Source: a virus (Duplodnaviria > Heunggongvirae > Uroviricota > Caudoviricetes). Taken from it: DNA of 32,091 nt. The position numbers were made by a program, and so were the translations under genes. The notes below the pieces were generated by a model that ran no database searches, was not told the origin of the DNA, and saw only the letters and a program-made list of their open reading frames with translations. This document shows, piece after piece, positions 19,828 through 28,164 of the stretch. The DNA lies in IMG/VR virus record IMGVR_UViG_2609459797_000004, positions 1 to 32,091 of that record, one strand, 5' to 3'. How positions within the stretch are numbered: position 1 is the stretch's first letter; every line of letters begins with the position of its first letter.

Positions 19828-21204
19828 TCATACGTCCGCCCCTTGTGCATATCGTCTGCCACGCGCAGCAGGTGCATTTGATGCTGTGCAAATCTGTCTG
19901 GCTTCATCCTGGTCACATGCAACAAAGTGTCCGTTGCAGAACCGCTGGTAAACCGTACCAAGTGAGCCAAAACGGTTTTTCGTCACGATGATTTCAGCAA
20001 ATGGCGCGGCGCTACTGTTCTCGTCATATACCGCTTCCCGATAGAGCATGATGATTGAGTCTGCGTCCTGTTCAATGCTTCCTGAATCACGCAAATCTGC
20101 GTTTGTCGGGCGTTTGTTTGGTCGCTTCTCAACATCGCGCGAAAGCTGACTCAGGGAGATAACAGGCGTTTTCAGGTCTTTCGCCATCGCCTTCAGGCTT
20201 CCGGAGATGTGAGCAATTGCGAGGTCGTTGCGATCTGCTTTCGGCTTCTCAATCAGGCCAAGATAATCCGCCATGATGAGTGACAGGTTTGGATTTTCCT
20301 GTTTGTGCCGTTCTGCGATTGAGCGTATTTCTTCGACCGATAACCGCGAGGCATCGACTACCCATACATCCAAATCTGCAAGCTGACTCATGCCGTTAGC
20401 AACACGCGCCCAGCCTTCGTCATCCATCGATGCAGGATTTCGCAGTACGCTAACCGACATCCTCCCGGCGTTGGCAATGCTTCGCTCTGCAATCTGCAAT
20501 GCGCTCATTTCCATCGAGAAAATCAATACCCCGCGCCGGACGTCAGAACCAGGAATAACGCGGCTTGCAACGCCTTCGGCAATCTTCAGAGCCAGTTCGG
20601 TTTTCCCCATACCAGGACGAGCAGCGATTATCACCAGGTCTTCCGCGTTCATCCCTCCGGTGATGGCATCAAGTTCTTCGATTCCGGTCTTCAGGGTATC
20701 TGACTCTTCTCCGTTCCTCAGACGCCTGTCAAGCGTGTCAGTGTAGTCGGTGATGATTTCCCCTAACCGTACCGGTTTAACCTCGTCACGGGGCTTTCTG
20801 ATGGCTGAAAGACGCTTTACAAGCTCATCCATCGCCTGACTCGATGCGTCGATGGTTCCGCTCTGAATTGGTTCACGCATTTCATCCATGATTTCCAGCA
20901 CCAGACGGCGGTGATAGTTATCCGCGACCATTCCGGCATATCCCTTCAGGTTTGCGGCACTCGGGCAGTTTTTGCTGGTCATCAGGATTGACGTGAAATG
21001 CTCCTCTCCGCACGCCTCGGCAACCATCAGCGCGTCGATTAGGTTTCTGTTTCTCGCCTGCTTGCGGATAACCTCGAAGGCTTTCCGGTAGAGCGGAATT
21101 GAAAACGCTTCCGGCTCCAGCGTTGCCAGAACGTCGCTGGCGGTTGGTGTTAATCCACCAATCAGCAGGCCACCGATAACGCTCGCTTCGATATCCTGTC
21201 TCAT
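19828..21204 (-). CDS. Replicative DNA helicase, DnaB family (P22 gene 12-like, 458 aa)
   Basis: Walker [10 protein letters not shown], plus DnaB-type motifs [12 protein letters not shown] and [21 protein letters not shown]. Confidence 0.85.
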   Translation of the reverse strand: MRQDIEASVIGGLLIGGLTPTASDVLATLEPEAFSIPLYRKAFEVIRKQARNRNLIDALMVAEACGEEHFTSILMTSKNCPSAANLKGYAGMVADNYHRRLVLEIMDEMREPIQSGTIDASSQAMDELVKRLSAIRKPRDEVKPVRLGEIITDYTDTLDRRLRNGEESDTLKTGIEELDAITGGMNAEDLVIIAARPGMGKTELALKIAEGVASRVIPGSDVRRGVLIFSMEMSALQIAERSIANAGRMSVSVLRNPASMDDEGWARVANGMSQLADLDVWVVDASRLSVEEIRSIAERHKQENPNLSLIMADYLGLIEKPKADRNDLAIAHISGSLKAMAKDLKTPVISLSQLSRDVEKRPNKRPTNADLRDSGSIEQDADSIIMLYREAVYDENSSAAPFAEIIVTKNRFGSLGTVYQRFCNGHFVACDQDEARQICTASNAPAARGRRYAQGADV

Positions 21205-22022
21205 GCAATCCCCCTGTCTGCAAACTTCCCTTCCCGTACTCCAGTTAACGAATCTTCCCTCAGCAGGTAATCAAAATCAGCTGTCCAGCCCGTGTCGTTG
21301 TCTCCGAAGTAAAACGGCTTGGCCTGATGCACAAACGCCCTGACATACGCTCTGAAACCGTCCACGTTTGGCGTTTTCAGTTGCGGGATGATTTTCTTCA
21401 GGCGGCGTTTGCGTTTCTCGTTGACCGCAACAGCGTGTGGCAGTCTGTCACCGACTTCGGTGTTGTAGGCGTTCAGGAAGGATTCGTAGTCGATTCGTTC
21501 TGCCTTGCGACGTTCAGGTTTAACCTGCCCATCACCGCCCCCGTTAGGGGGTAAGGGGGTATTTGTATTTATTGTCTTTTGTATATTGTCTTTTGTGTTT
21601 AGCTGACTTGGCTTATACCCATTAGCCGACTTGGCTAATGTTTTATTAGCTGTTTTAGCTAATGTTAAGCTGTCCTGGCTAATCCACTGAGAAACCACCT
21701 TGTTCACTCCGATTTTCACGCCATCAGCAATGAGGAATTTACGCTCGATAAGCTGGCGCTTGGCAGCGCAAACATGAGTGTGATGAATACCTGTCATGGC
21801 TGCTATCTGCGTGTTTGTGAGTCGATCCATCGGCTTATTGAATCCGTATGTCTTGCGCATGATAGCGAGCATCACCTTCAACTGCCGGACGGTTAAATCA
21901 GCCATCAGCAGACTGTCGGTAATCTCGTTAGCAACGCGCATGAAACCATCTTCGGTATCTGCCACGCGATGCTCCACGACCTCCAGTTGAGGCCTGTAAT
22001 CAGCTAACTTAACGACGCCCAT
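21201..22022 (-). CDS. Replication initiator, lambda O-like N-terminal domain (273 aa)
   Basis: [36 protein letters not shown] parallels the lambda O N-terminal DNA-binding domain; contains an internal iteron/AT-rich block; stop overlaps the helicase start. Confidence 0.7.
   Translation of the reverse strand: MGVVKLADYRPQLEVVEHRVADTEDGFMRVANEITDSLLMADLTVRQLKVMLAIMRKTYGFNKPMDRLTNTQIAAMTGIHHTHVCAAKRQLIERKFLIADGVKIGVNKVVSQWISQDSLTLAKTANKTLAKSANGYKPSQLNTKDNIQKTINTNTPLPPNGGGDGQVKPERRKAERIDYESFLNAYNTEVGDRLPHAVAVNEKRKRRLKKIIPQLKTPNVDGFRAYVRAFVHQAKPFYFGDNDTGWTADFDYLLREDSLTGVREGKFADRGIA
21561..21683 (-). repeat. Candidate replication origin inside the O-like gene: AT-rich block plus four iterons
   Basis: Direct repeat ATTGTCTTTTGT at 21571..21582 and 21585..21596; 16-bp iteron variants AGC(T/C)G(A/T)(C/T)(T/C)T(G/A)GCTAAT at 21601, 21624, 21648 and 21668. 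Confidence 0.5.
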
Positions 22023-22170
22023 GTTTCACTCCTGCTTTGGCTAGTCTGTAAACACCAACAAGGCGCTCTGCGAACGCCCTGTTATTTGCTGCGGCTACCA
22101 CTAATCCCTCAGGTGAATCAGGGTGTCGAATCTCTTCTTTTTCCTGGTATTTCTTACGACGTTTTGTCAT
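22009..22170 (-). CDS. Small hypothetical ORF (53 aa) between cII and the O-like gene
   Basis: Not in the track (below 60 aa); GGAG ribosome-binding site 6 nt upstream of the ATG; very basic N-terminus (MTKRRKKYQEK); 3' end overlaps the O start. Confidence 0.3.
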   Translation of the reverse strand: MTKRRKKYQEKEEIRHPDSPEGLVVAAANNRAFAERLVGVYRLAKAGVKHGRR

Positions 22171-22202
22171 AATTACTCCTGTGGATTGATCCAGTAATTC
22201 CC

Positions 22203-22499
22203 TCAGAATTGCATATCAATTTGCTCAGAATCCTCGGTGGCAGCCGGGGATTTTTTCTTTGTGATTCCATCCAATGCATACTTAAAAGCCCTGCTAATCG
22301 GACTGATGTCTGATGCCATTCCGAAAGCACACAAGACCGAAGCAATAAATCTCCAGTCCGTTCTGCTTATCTTCGATTCATGACAGCCAATCATCTTTGC
22401 CAGACCGCGCTGGGTAAGCGTTGACAGGTTGATGAGTAAATCAGTTTCAGCGCGATCAATTTCTCGCTGTGTTGGCTTGCTATAACTTGCTTGTGTCAT
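22203..22499 (-). CDS. cII: CII-like transcriptional activator (98 aa)
   Basis: C-terminus KKKSPAATEDSEQIDMQF matches lambda CII C-terminus KKRPAATERSEQIQMEF; same size and position after cro/nutR. Confidence 0.7.
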   Translation of the reverse strand: MTQASYSKPTQREIDRAETDLLINLSTLTQRGLAKMIGCHESKISRTDWRFIASVLCAFGMASDISPISRAFKYALDGITKKKSPAATEDSEQIDMQF

Positions 22500-22536
22500 T
22501 TGTTAATTTTCCAATAGTGAATAGTTAGTTGAAAGG

Positions 22537-22629
22537 TATGCGTGGAAACGCATATGGCCTTAGTTGGTCAGATATCTTGGGGCTCGCTTTGTCAGCGACG
22601 TAGGACGAATGTCCATTGTGAAAAGAGCG
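22537..22629 (-). promoter_or_regulatory. nutR-like region: boxA-like CGCTCTTTT, boxB-like hairpin and tR1-position hairpin
   Basis: Minus-strand CGCTCTTTT (22621..22629), hairpin TCGCT-GACAA-AGCGA (22584..22598) and hairpin TATGCGT-TTCC-ACGCATA (22537..22554), all between cro and cII. Confidence 0.45.
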
Positions 22630-22636
22630 GTGTTAC

Positions 22637-22837
22637 TTATGCAGTTGTTTTTTTGTTACTTGGGAAGGGCTTTATTTCTTCCGCATAAACGCTTCCATCA
22701 GCGTTTATAGTTAAAAAAATCTTTCGGCCTGCATGAATGGCCTTGTTAATCGCGCTTTGATATACGCCGAGATCTTTAGCCGTCTTGGTTTGCCCAAAGC
22801 GTATTGCATAATCTTTCAGGGTTATGCGTTGTTCCAT
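22637..22837 (-). CDS. cro: Cro repressor, lambda type (66 aa)
   Basis: [66 protein letters not shown] differs from remembered lambda Cro at two positions. Confidence 0.92.
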   Translation of the reverse strand: MEQRITLKDYAIRFGQTKTAKDLGVYQSAINKAIHAGRKIFLTINADGSVYAEEIKPFPSNKKTTA

Positions 22838-22863
22838 ACAACCTCCTTAGTACAGGCAACCAT

Positions 22864-22927
22864 TATCACCGCTAGAGGTAAAATAGTCAACACGCACGGT
22901 GTTAGAAGTTTATCCCTTGCGGTGATA
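22864..22927. promoter_or_regulatory. Right operator OR1-OR2-OR3 with divergent PR/PRM, lambda type
   Basis: Three 17-bp sites: TATCACCGCTAGAGGTA (OR1), CAACACGCACGGTGTTA (OR2), TATCCCTTGCGGTGATA (OR3); lie between the cro and cI starts. Confidence 0.8.
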
Positions 22928-22934
22928 GATTTAA

Positions 22935-23651
<717 letters not shown>

Positions 23652-23682
23652 TTGTTTTATTTTTCACGTAATAGGATGATTT

Positions 23683-24024
23683 ATGACACAATTTCAACTT
23701 GCATTAATCGCTAGAGAAGTTGATGGAGAAGTCATCCATCTTCGCACCAAAGACGGATACATCAATGCCACCGCGATGTGCAAGTCTGCGGGGAAGCTAC
23801 TTGCTGACTATACACGACTAAAAACAACACAAGATTTTTTTGATGAATTATCACGCGATATGGGGATTCCCATATCGGAGTTAATTCAATCATTTAAAGG
23901 CGGAAGAGCAGAGAATCAAGGGACTTGGGTTCATCCAGACATCGCAATTAATTTAGCTCAGTGGCTATCTCCAAAATTTGCAGTGCAAGTATCGAGATGG
24001 GTGCGTGAGTGGATGTCAGGTTAA
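23683..24024 (+). CDS. KilA-N (APSES-like) domain protein, 113 aa, at the rex position
   Basis: AGGATGA ribosome-binding site; signature GYINATAMCKSAGK...DYTRLKTTQDF...GTWVHPDIAINLAQWLSPKF typical of KilA-N domains; co-oriented with cI. Confidence 0.7.
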   Translation: MTQFQLALIAREVDGEVIHLRTKDGYINATAMCKSAGKLLADYTRLKTTQDFFDELSRDMGIPISELIQSFKGGRAENQGTWVHPDIAINLAQWLSPKFAVQVSRWVREWMSG

Positions 24025-24063
24025 AGAGCGCCTGCCGAACTCCCTATCCACCTTAAGCGGTAT

Positions 24064-24442
24064 ATGACAAACCGAGGCAGAGTTCCTCATACGCACTTTT
24101 CTATGCTTAATGAACTGACGTTTAACTTGGTTGCGCCACTTGAACAGGCCGGATATACGCTGCCAGAAAAAATGGTCCCTGATATTTCAGAGGGTAGGGT
24201 TTTCTCGCAATGGCTCCGTGACAACCGGGGGGTTGAGCCGAAGACATTCCCAACATATAACCATGAGTACCCAGATGGCCGGACATTCCCGGTACGTCTA
24301 TACCCAAACGAATATTGCAGATTTCAAACAATACTTCAACGAAGTGTGGCTGCCTCAGTACGCTCCTAAATATTTTGCTGAACGAGACCAAAGGGCATTG
24401 ACGTTGATTGAGAAAATCATGCTACCTGACCTTGATTCCTAA
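24064..24442 (+). pseudogene. Interrupted coding region downstream of the KilA-N ORF (same frame to 24369, +1 frame to 24442)
   Basis: Frame-1 ORF 24064..24369 is separated from the KilA-N ORF by a single TAA. The protein-like C-terminal stretch that runs to the terminator is in the +1 frame (track ORF 24131..24442). May be a decayed gene or separate genes. Confidence 0.4.
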
Positions 24443-24450
24443 ATGTTATT

Positions 24451-24477
24451 CCCGGCCACAGAGCCGGGTTTTCTTTG
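24451..24477 (+). terminator. Intrinsic terminator after the cI-operon cargo
   Basis: CCCGGC-CACAGA-GCCGGG hairpin followed by TTTTCTTTG, 9 nt after the 24442 stop. Confidence 0.6.
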
Positions 24478-24628
24478 CCTCACGATCCCCCTCACCCAAG
24501 AACACATAACCAATTGTATCTATTTGAAAATAAATAGATACAACTCACTAAACATAGCAGTTCAGATCTCTCACCTACCAAACAATGCACCCCTGCAAAA
24601 AATAAATTCATATAAAAAACATACAGAT

Positions 24629-24690
24629 AACCATCTGCGGTGATGAATTATCTCTAGCGGTGTTGACATAAATACCACTGGCGGTGATAC
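24629..24690 (+). promoter_or_regulatory. Left operator OL3-OL2-OL1 with PL promoter, lambda type
   Basis: AACCATCTGCGGTGATG (OL3), TATCTCTAGCGGTGTTG (OL2), TACCACTGGCGGTGATA (OL1); -35 TTGACA at 24663..24668 and -10 GATACT at 24685..24690, directed toward the N gene. Confidence 0.8.
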
Positions 24691-24759
24691 TAAACACATC
24701 AGCAGGACGCACTACTCACCAGGGCGGTGAATATACAACGATTCGAATATGAATCTACG

Positions 24760-24774
24760 GCGCTGACAAAGCGC
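24760..24774 (+). promoter_or_regulatory. nutL boxB-like hairpin (P22-type GACAA loop)
   Basis: GCGCT-GACAA-AGCGC, about 75 nt downstream of the PL -10 and about 260 nt upstream of the N start. Confidence 0.5.
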
Positions 24775-25035
24775 AATAACCAAAGTGAACTTTGGGGTGT
24801 GGTGAAGCCAGCTAGTCACTGGCAAGTGCTTACCTACTGTTGAGCGGTGAAGCGCTCCCAACGCTAGCAATAGCGTGGACGAGATGGGGAGCCGCGGGCG
24901 ATAAGGCCGCCATAACGCGCACGTTGTCGCATGGAAAAATCACTGGGGTGCCGGTTATACCCCTCCGAATGAGACTCAACAAGCTGGAGCTAGACTACCA
25001 GCCACCACACCACCAAAGTTCATCAGGAGGTCTAT

Positions 25036-25419
25036 ATGACACGCAGAACTCAGTTCAAAGGCAATTCACGTTCTCGTCGTCGTGAGCGTTTAAAGGCAAA
25101 GGCATTAGCTAACGGCGTACTGGCCCGCGAAGAAGCAATAAGTTCAGAAGTATTACACCGCCCTACTCTAAGCAGAGCGCAGATTCAGGCTAAAGGTACT
25201 CACGAAACGCCTGAGCGCAAAGAAGACGCTAAGCCAATTAAGTTCATGGCACAGGACGTGATCTGGCAACAGAAAGAATACAGACGCAATCTGGAGCGAG
25301 CGGCCATTGTGTACGCGAATGAGTTTGGACATAAGCAACCAGAAACTGGTGTATGTCTTCCAAACGTAGCCATTTACGCGGCAGGCTACCGGAAATCAAA
25401 ACAACTGACAGCGAGGTAA
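25036..25419 (+). CDS. N-type transcription antiterminator, P22 gene 24-like (127 aa)
   Basis: N-terminal arginine-rich motif (RSRRRERLKAKALA); C-terminus CLPNVAIYAAGYRKSKQLTAR matches the remembered P22 gp24 C-terminus; GGAGG ribosome-binding site. Confidence 0.75.
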   Translation: MTRRTQFKGNSRSRRRERLKAKALANGVLAREEAISSEVLHRPTLSRAQIQAKGTHETPERKEDAKPIKFMAQDVIWQQKEYRRNLERAAIVYANEFGHKQPETGVCLPNVAIYAAGYRKSKQLTAR

Positions 25420-25422
25420 GTG

Positions 25423-25647
25423 ATGAATCAGACATACATTCCATCATGCTTGAGAAATCTGCCAAAGCAGAAAGCAAAGCCCCGCAAGCAAGCCATAAAG
25501 GACGCTAAGGCAGAGGTTATTGATCAAGCAATACAATTGCTCAGGGAGGAGTTAAGAAGTGGCAAGCTCGAAGGAATGATGATTCCCTATCAGCGCGGAT
25601 ATCTATCGGCGATTAGTAAGTTGGAAGTATTGAAGAGTGAATTATGA
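25423..25647 (+). CDS. Hypothetical early protein (74 aa)
   Basis: ATG 4 nt after the N stop; basic and helical; track ORF starts at the GTG at 25420. Confidence 0.4.
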   Translation: MNQTYIPSCLRNLPKQKAKPRKQAIKDAKAEVIDQAIQLLREELRSGKLEGMMIPYQRGYLSAISKLEVLKSEL

Positions 25648-26336
25648 ACTATCTGGAATTTCCGGATGGTTCATTGTTTTGGCAGCAAACCACTTATTTG
25701 AGAGGAATTAATATGTCATCAATCCGCTTAACTACGAGAATGAAAGAGGAAATCGCTCGTAACGCTTTAATTAAGTCTGGGGTTTTCACTGAACTTGAAG
25801 AAGTAACAAAGTTAAAGAACCAGCTTGCACTTGACGCCAGAGTTATTGCGTTTGGCGGTAAAAAGAAAACTGAGGAAGTGGATCAGTTATCATCCAAGTT
25901 GGTAGCTATAAGTGAAGAACTTGGAAAGATGGGATGTTCATTTTACTCATACGATGTTCGTTCTACTTCAATTTATCTGACTGTATCTGGCAGAAGGGTT
26001 GGATGGCTTTCATATGGGAAAGACGGCAACGGCGAAGATATATTGCTCCCTGCTCCGAACGAAGATAAATGCATGTTTAGCGCAGAACACGAAATAACAA
26101 AAAGGTTTGATGAAATCTGCGCATTGCAACAAAAACTTGAAGCCAAGAAAAAGGATATCGAATCAAATGTATGGGCTGCTTTGAACTCAGTCACAACAGT
26201 TAAGCGACTTATTGAGGTTTGGCCTGAAAGCAAAGAATTGCTACCAAAAGAAGCAGATAAAGCAAGTACAGCACTTCCTGCTTTACGGGTAGAAGATTTG
26301 AATAAGATGATTGGACTTCCTTCCGAGGCCGCATAG
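25644..26336 (+). CDS. Hypothetical early protein (230 aa), function unknown
   Basis: Start overlaps the upstream stop (ATGA); an alternative internal start MSSIRL at 25713 has a GAGG ribosome-binding site; ends inside a terminator hairpin. Confidence 0.45.
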   Translation: MNYLEFPDGSLFWQQTTYLRGINMSSIRLTTRMKEEIARNALIKSGVFTELEEVTKLKNQLALDARVIAFGGKKKTEEVDQLSSKLVAISEELGKMGCSFYSYDVRSTSIYLTVSGRRVGWLSYGKDGNGEDILLPAPNEDKCMFSAEHEITKRFDEICALQQKLEAKKKDIESNVWAALNSVTTVKRLIEVWPESKELLPKEADKASTALPALRVEDLNKMIGLPSEAA

Positions 26337-26350
26337 TCGGCCTTTATTTT
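26326..26350 (+). terminator. Intrinsic terminator overlapping the end of the 230-aa gene
   Basis: AGGCCG-CATAGT-CGGCCT hairpin followed by TTATTTTTGG. Confidence 0.55.
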
Positions 26351-26468
26351 TGGCATAAACAACATAATAAACACAGCACTGTGTATTCATTCCAACGAGT
26401 GAATACACGGAGCAATGTCGCTCGTAATTAAACAGGAGCAGACTTGTTCTGATTGTTGGAAATCTTCT

Positions 26469-26497
26469 TTGCCCTCCAGTGTGAGGGCAATTTTTTT
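26469..26497 (+). terminator. Intrinsic terminator immediately upstream of the next gene's ribosome-binding site
   Basis: TTGCCCTC-CAGTGT-GAGGGCAA hairpin followed by TTTTTTT; GGAGG ribosome-binding site begins 4 nt later. Confidence 0.55.
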
Positions 26498-26509
26498 GAC
26501 GGAGGATAT

Positions 26510-27478
26510 ATGAGTGAAGTAACAGATTTAGTTGTTATTGAAAAAGCAAATGCAATGACTGTATTTCAGTCTGCCGACCAGATTGAAGAAATCCTTCAAA
26601 AGGTTGAACGTGAAGTTATGTCCTTTGTGCCTGATATCACAACGGCAAAGGGCAGAAAGGAGATCGCTTCTCTGGCGTATAAAGTTGCGCAGACGAAAAC
26701 ATATCTCGATGGTCTTGGCAAAGACCTTGTGGCTGAACTGAAGGAAATTCCAAAGCTAATTGATGCCAACCGCAAGACAGTGCGTGATCGCCTTGATGAG
26801 CTGAAAGCCAAGGCGCGCCAGCCTCTTACTGATTATGAGGAAGAACAGGCGCGGATTAAAGCCGAAGAAGAAGCTAAGGCAGCAGCTGAAGCTCTCGCAA
26901 AGCAAATTGAGTCTGACCATGAAATAGCGATTTTGATGGATCGCGAATTTGACCGCCAAAGAGAAGAGGCAAGACTCAAAGCGGAGCAGGAAAAGCGAGA
27001 GCATGAAGAACGCTTAAAAAGAGAAGCTGAAGAGAAAGCCAGATCTGAAGCCGAAGCAAAGGCAAAAGCCGAAATTGAAGCAGCAGCAAGGCGAGAAGCA
27101 GAAGCTAAGGCCGCAGCGGAACGTGCAGAGCGTGAACGCATTGAAGCCGAGCAACGAGCACAGCGCGAAGAAAAAGAGGCAGCAGAACGAGCTGAAAGAG
27201 AAAAGCAGGCGGCAATTGAAGCAGAACGCAGAAAAGCACAGGAGGAGGCTGAACGAATCCGTCGCGAGGCTGAAGCAAAAGAGCAAGCCAGAATAGCAGA
27301 AGAAAAAAGAATCAAGGACGAAGAAGAGCGTAGAGCAAAGGATAAAGCTCACCGGAAAGAAGTAAATAACAAAATACTTGCTGACCTTATCAAGGTTGGC
27401 GCATCAGAAGATGTTGCTAAAAATATCATAACAGCCATCGTAAAAGGCGAAGTATTCGCAACAAAAATAACCTACTAA
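26510..27478 (+). CDS. Charged coiled-coil protein with TolA-like E/A/K/R-rich repeat region (about 322 aa)
   Basis: ATG at 26510 after a GGAGG ribosome-binding site; long central stretch of EAKA/ERAE-type repeats; track ORF starts at the upstream TTG at 26453. Confidence 0.5.
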   Translation: MSEVTDLVVIEKANAMTVFQSADQIEEILQKVEREVMSFVPDITTAKGRKEIASLAYKVAQTKTYLDGLGKDLVAELKEIPKLIDANRKTVRDRLDELKAKARQPLTDYEEEQARIKAEEEAKAAAEALAKQIESDHEIAILMDREFDRQREEARLKAEQEKREHEERLKREAEEKARSEAEAKAKAEIEAAARREAEAKAAAERAERERIEAEQRAQREEKEAAERAEREKQAAIEAERRKAQEEAERIRREAEAKEQARIAEEKRIKDEEERRAKDKAHRKEVNNKILADLIKVGASEDVAKNIITAIVKGEVFATKITY

Positions 27479-27502
27479 TAAAACCAACATAAGGAACCAC
27501 CC

Positions 27503-27634
27503 ATGATTTACGCAATCGCGGGAGGCGCTCGCATGGGTGCCTTCCAATTAAATGAATCTTTACTTGAACGAATCACCCGTAAATTACGTGACGGATGGAA
27601 AAGATTTGAGGTCTTATTATGCGCAATGAAATAG
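27503..27634 (+). CDS. Small hypothetical early ORF (43 aa)
   Basis: Not in the track; AGGAA ribosome-binding site; overlaps the next small ORF. Confidence 0.3.
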   Translation: MIYAIAGGARMGAFQLNESLLERITRKLRDGWKRFEVLLCAMK

Positions 27635-27771
27635 CCATCAATCACCAGATGCTTCGTGCTGCACAGAACAAAGCAGTAATAGCCAGATTTATTGGTGATT
27701 CAAAAATGTGGATTGAAGCAAATAAAGCGATGAAATCAGCTATCAACCTTCCGTGGTATCGCAGGAAATGA
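27619..27771 (+). CDS. Small hypothetical early ORF (50 aa)
   Basis: Not in the track; GAGG ribosome-binding site 8 nt upstream; stop overlaps the next ATG (ATGA). Confidence 0.3.
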   Translation: MRNEIAINHQMLRAAQNKAVIARFIGDSKMWIEANKAMKSAINLPWYRRK

Positions 27772-27878
27772 GTTTTACAGATAACTGGTCAGACGAAGAA
27801 TTTATTCGTCAGATGAAAGAAATGCTCAATCAGCACAAAGAACAGGAGAAAGATGATGATTCTGACTCTGAAAGATGA
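27768..27878 (+). CDS. Small hypothetical early ORF (36 aa)
   Basis: Not in the track; acidic; overlaps the start of the following gene. Confidence 0.25.
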   Translation: MSFTDNWSDEEFIRQMKEMLNQHKEQEKDDDSDSER

Positions 27879-28164
27879 GCGTGAAATATCGCAAATAATC
27901 GCAAGTTTTACTGATGAAGATTACGAACGAATCAACAGTGAAGTTGATCGCCTCTGCAAACGTTGCGACCCAATAAGCGAAATGCTTCGCTCATATAAAC
28001 CAGATGAACACACTAAGGACGCTATCGACTGGCTGGAAGATTATGACTGTAACTATCAGGAAAAAGCCGCTGAATGGTTCTGGGATGCAATAACCGAAAG
28101 AGTTAAGGCTGAATATGCCTTCGCAATATTCAAACGCAGACACGTTTATGGAGAAGCAGCATGA
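27853..28164 (+). CDS. Hypothetical early protein (103 aa)
   Basis: GGAG ribosome-binding site; stop overlaps the recT start (ATGA). Confidence 0.45.
   Translation: MMILTLKDEREISQIIASFTDEDYERINSEVDRLCKRCDPISEMLRSYKPDEHTKDAIDWLEDYDCNYQEKAAEWFWDAITERVKAEYAFAIFKRRHVYGEAA

Noticed and set aside
540-22000. Numerous plus-strand ORFs of 60-150 aa inside the late and replication genes (for example 8241..8528, 12533..12976, 20390..20746)
   Set aside because: All lie antisense within well-supported longer minus-strand genes, with biased composition; treated as shadow ORFs.
24227-24232. G6 homopolymer inside the interrupted rex-position ORF as the frameshift site
   Set aside because: The frame-1 translation stays protein-like for about 25 codons after the G-run, so the frame switch must lie further downstream (about 24290..24340).
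26596-27352. Several long minus-strand ORFs (71-160 aa) rich in Ser/Ala or Phe/Cys/Leu overlapping the coiled-coil gene
   Set aside because: They are the reverse-complement reading of a repetitive GAAGC/GCAGA coding repeat, with low-complexity composition and no start context; antisense artefacts.
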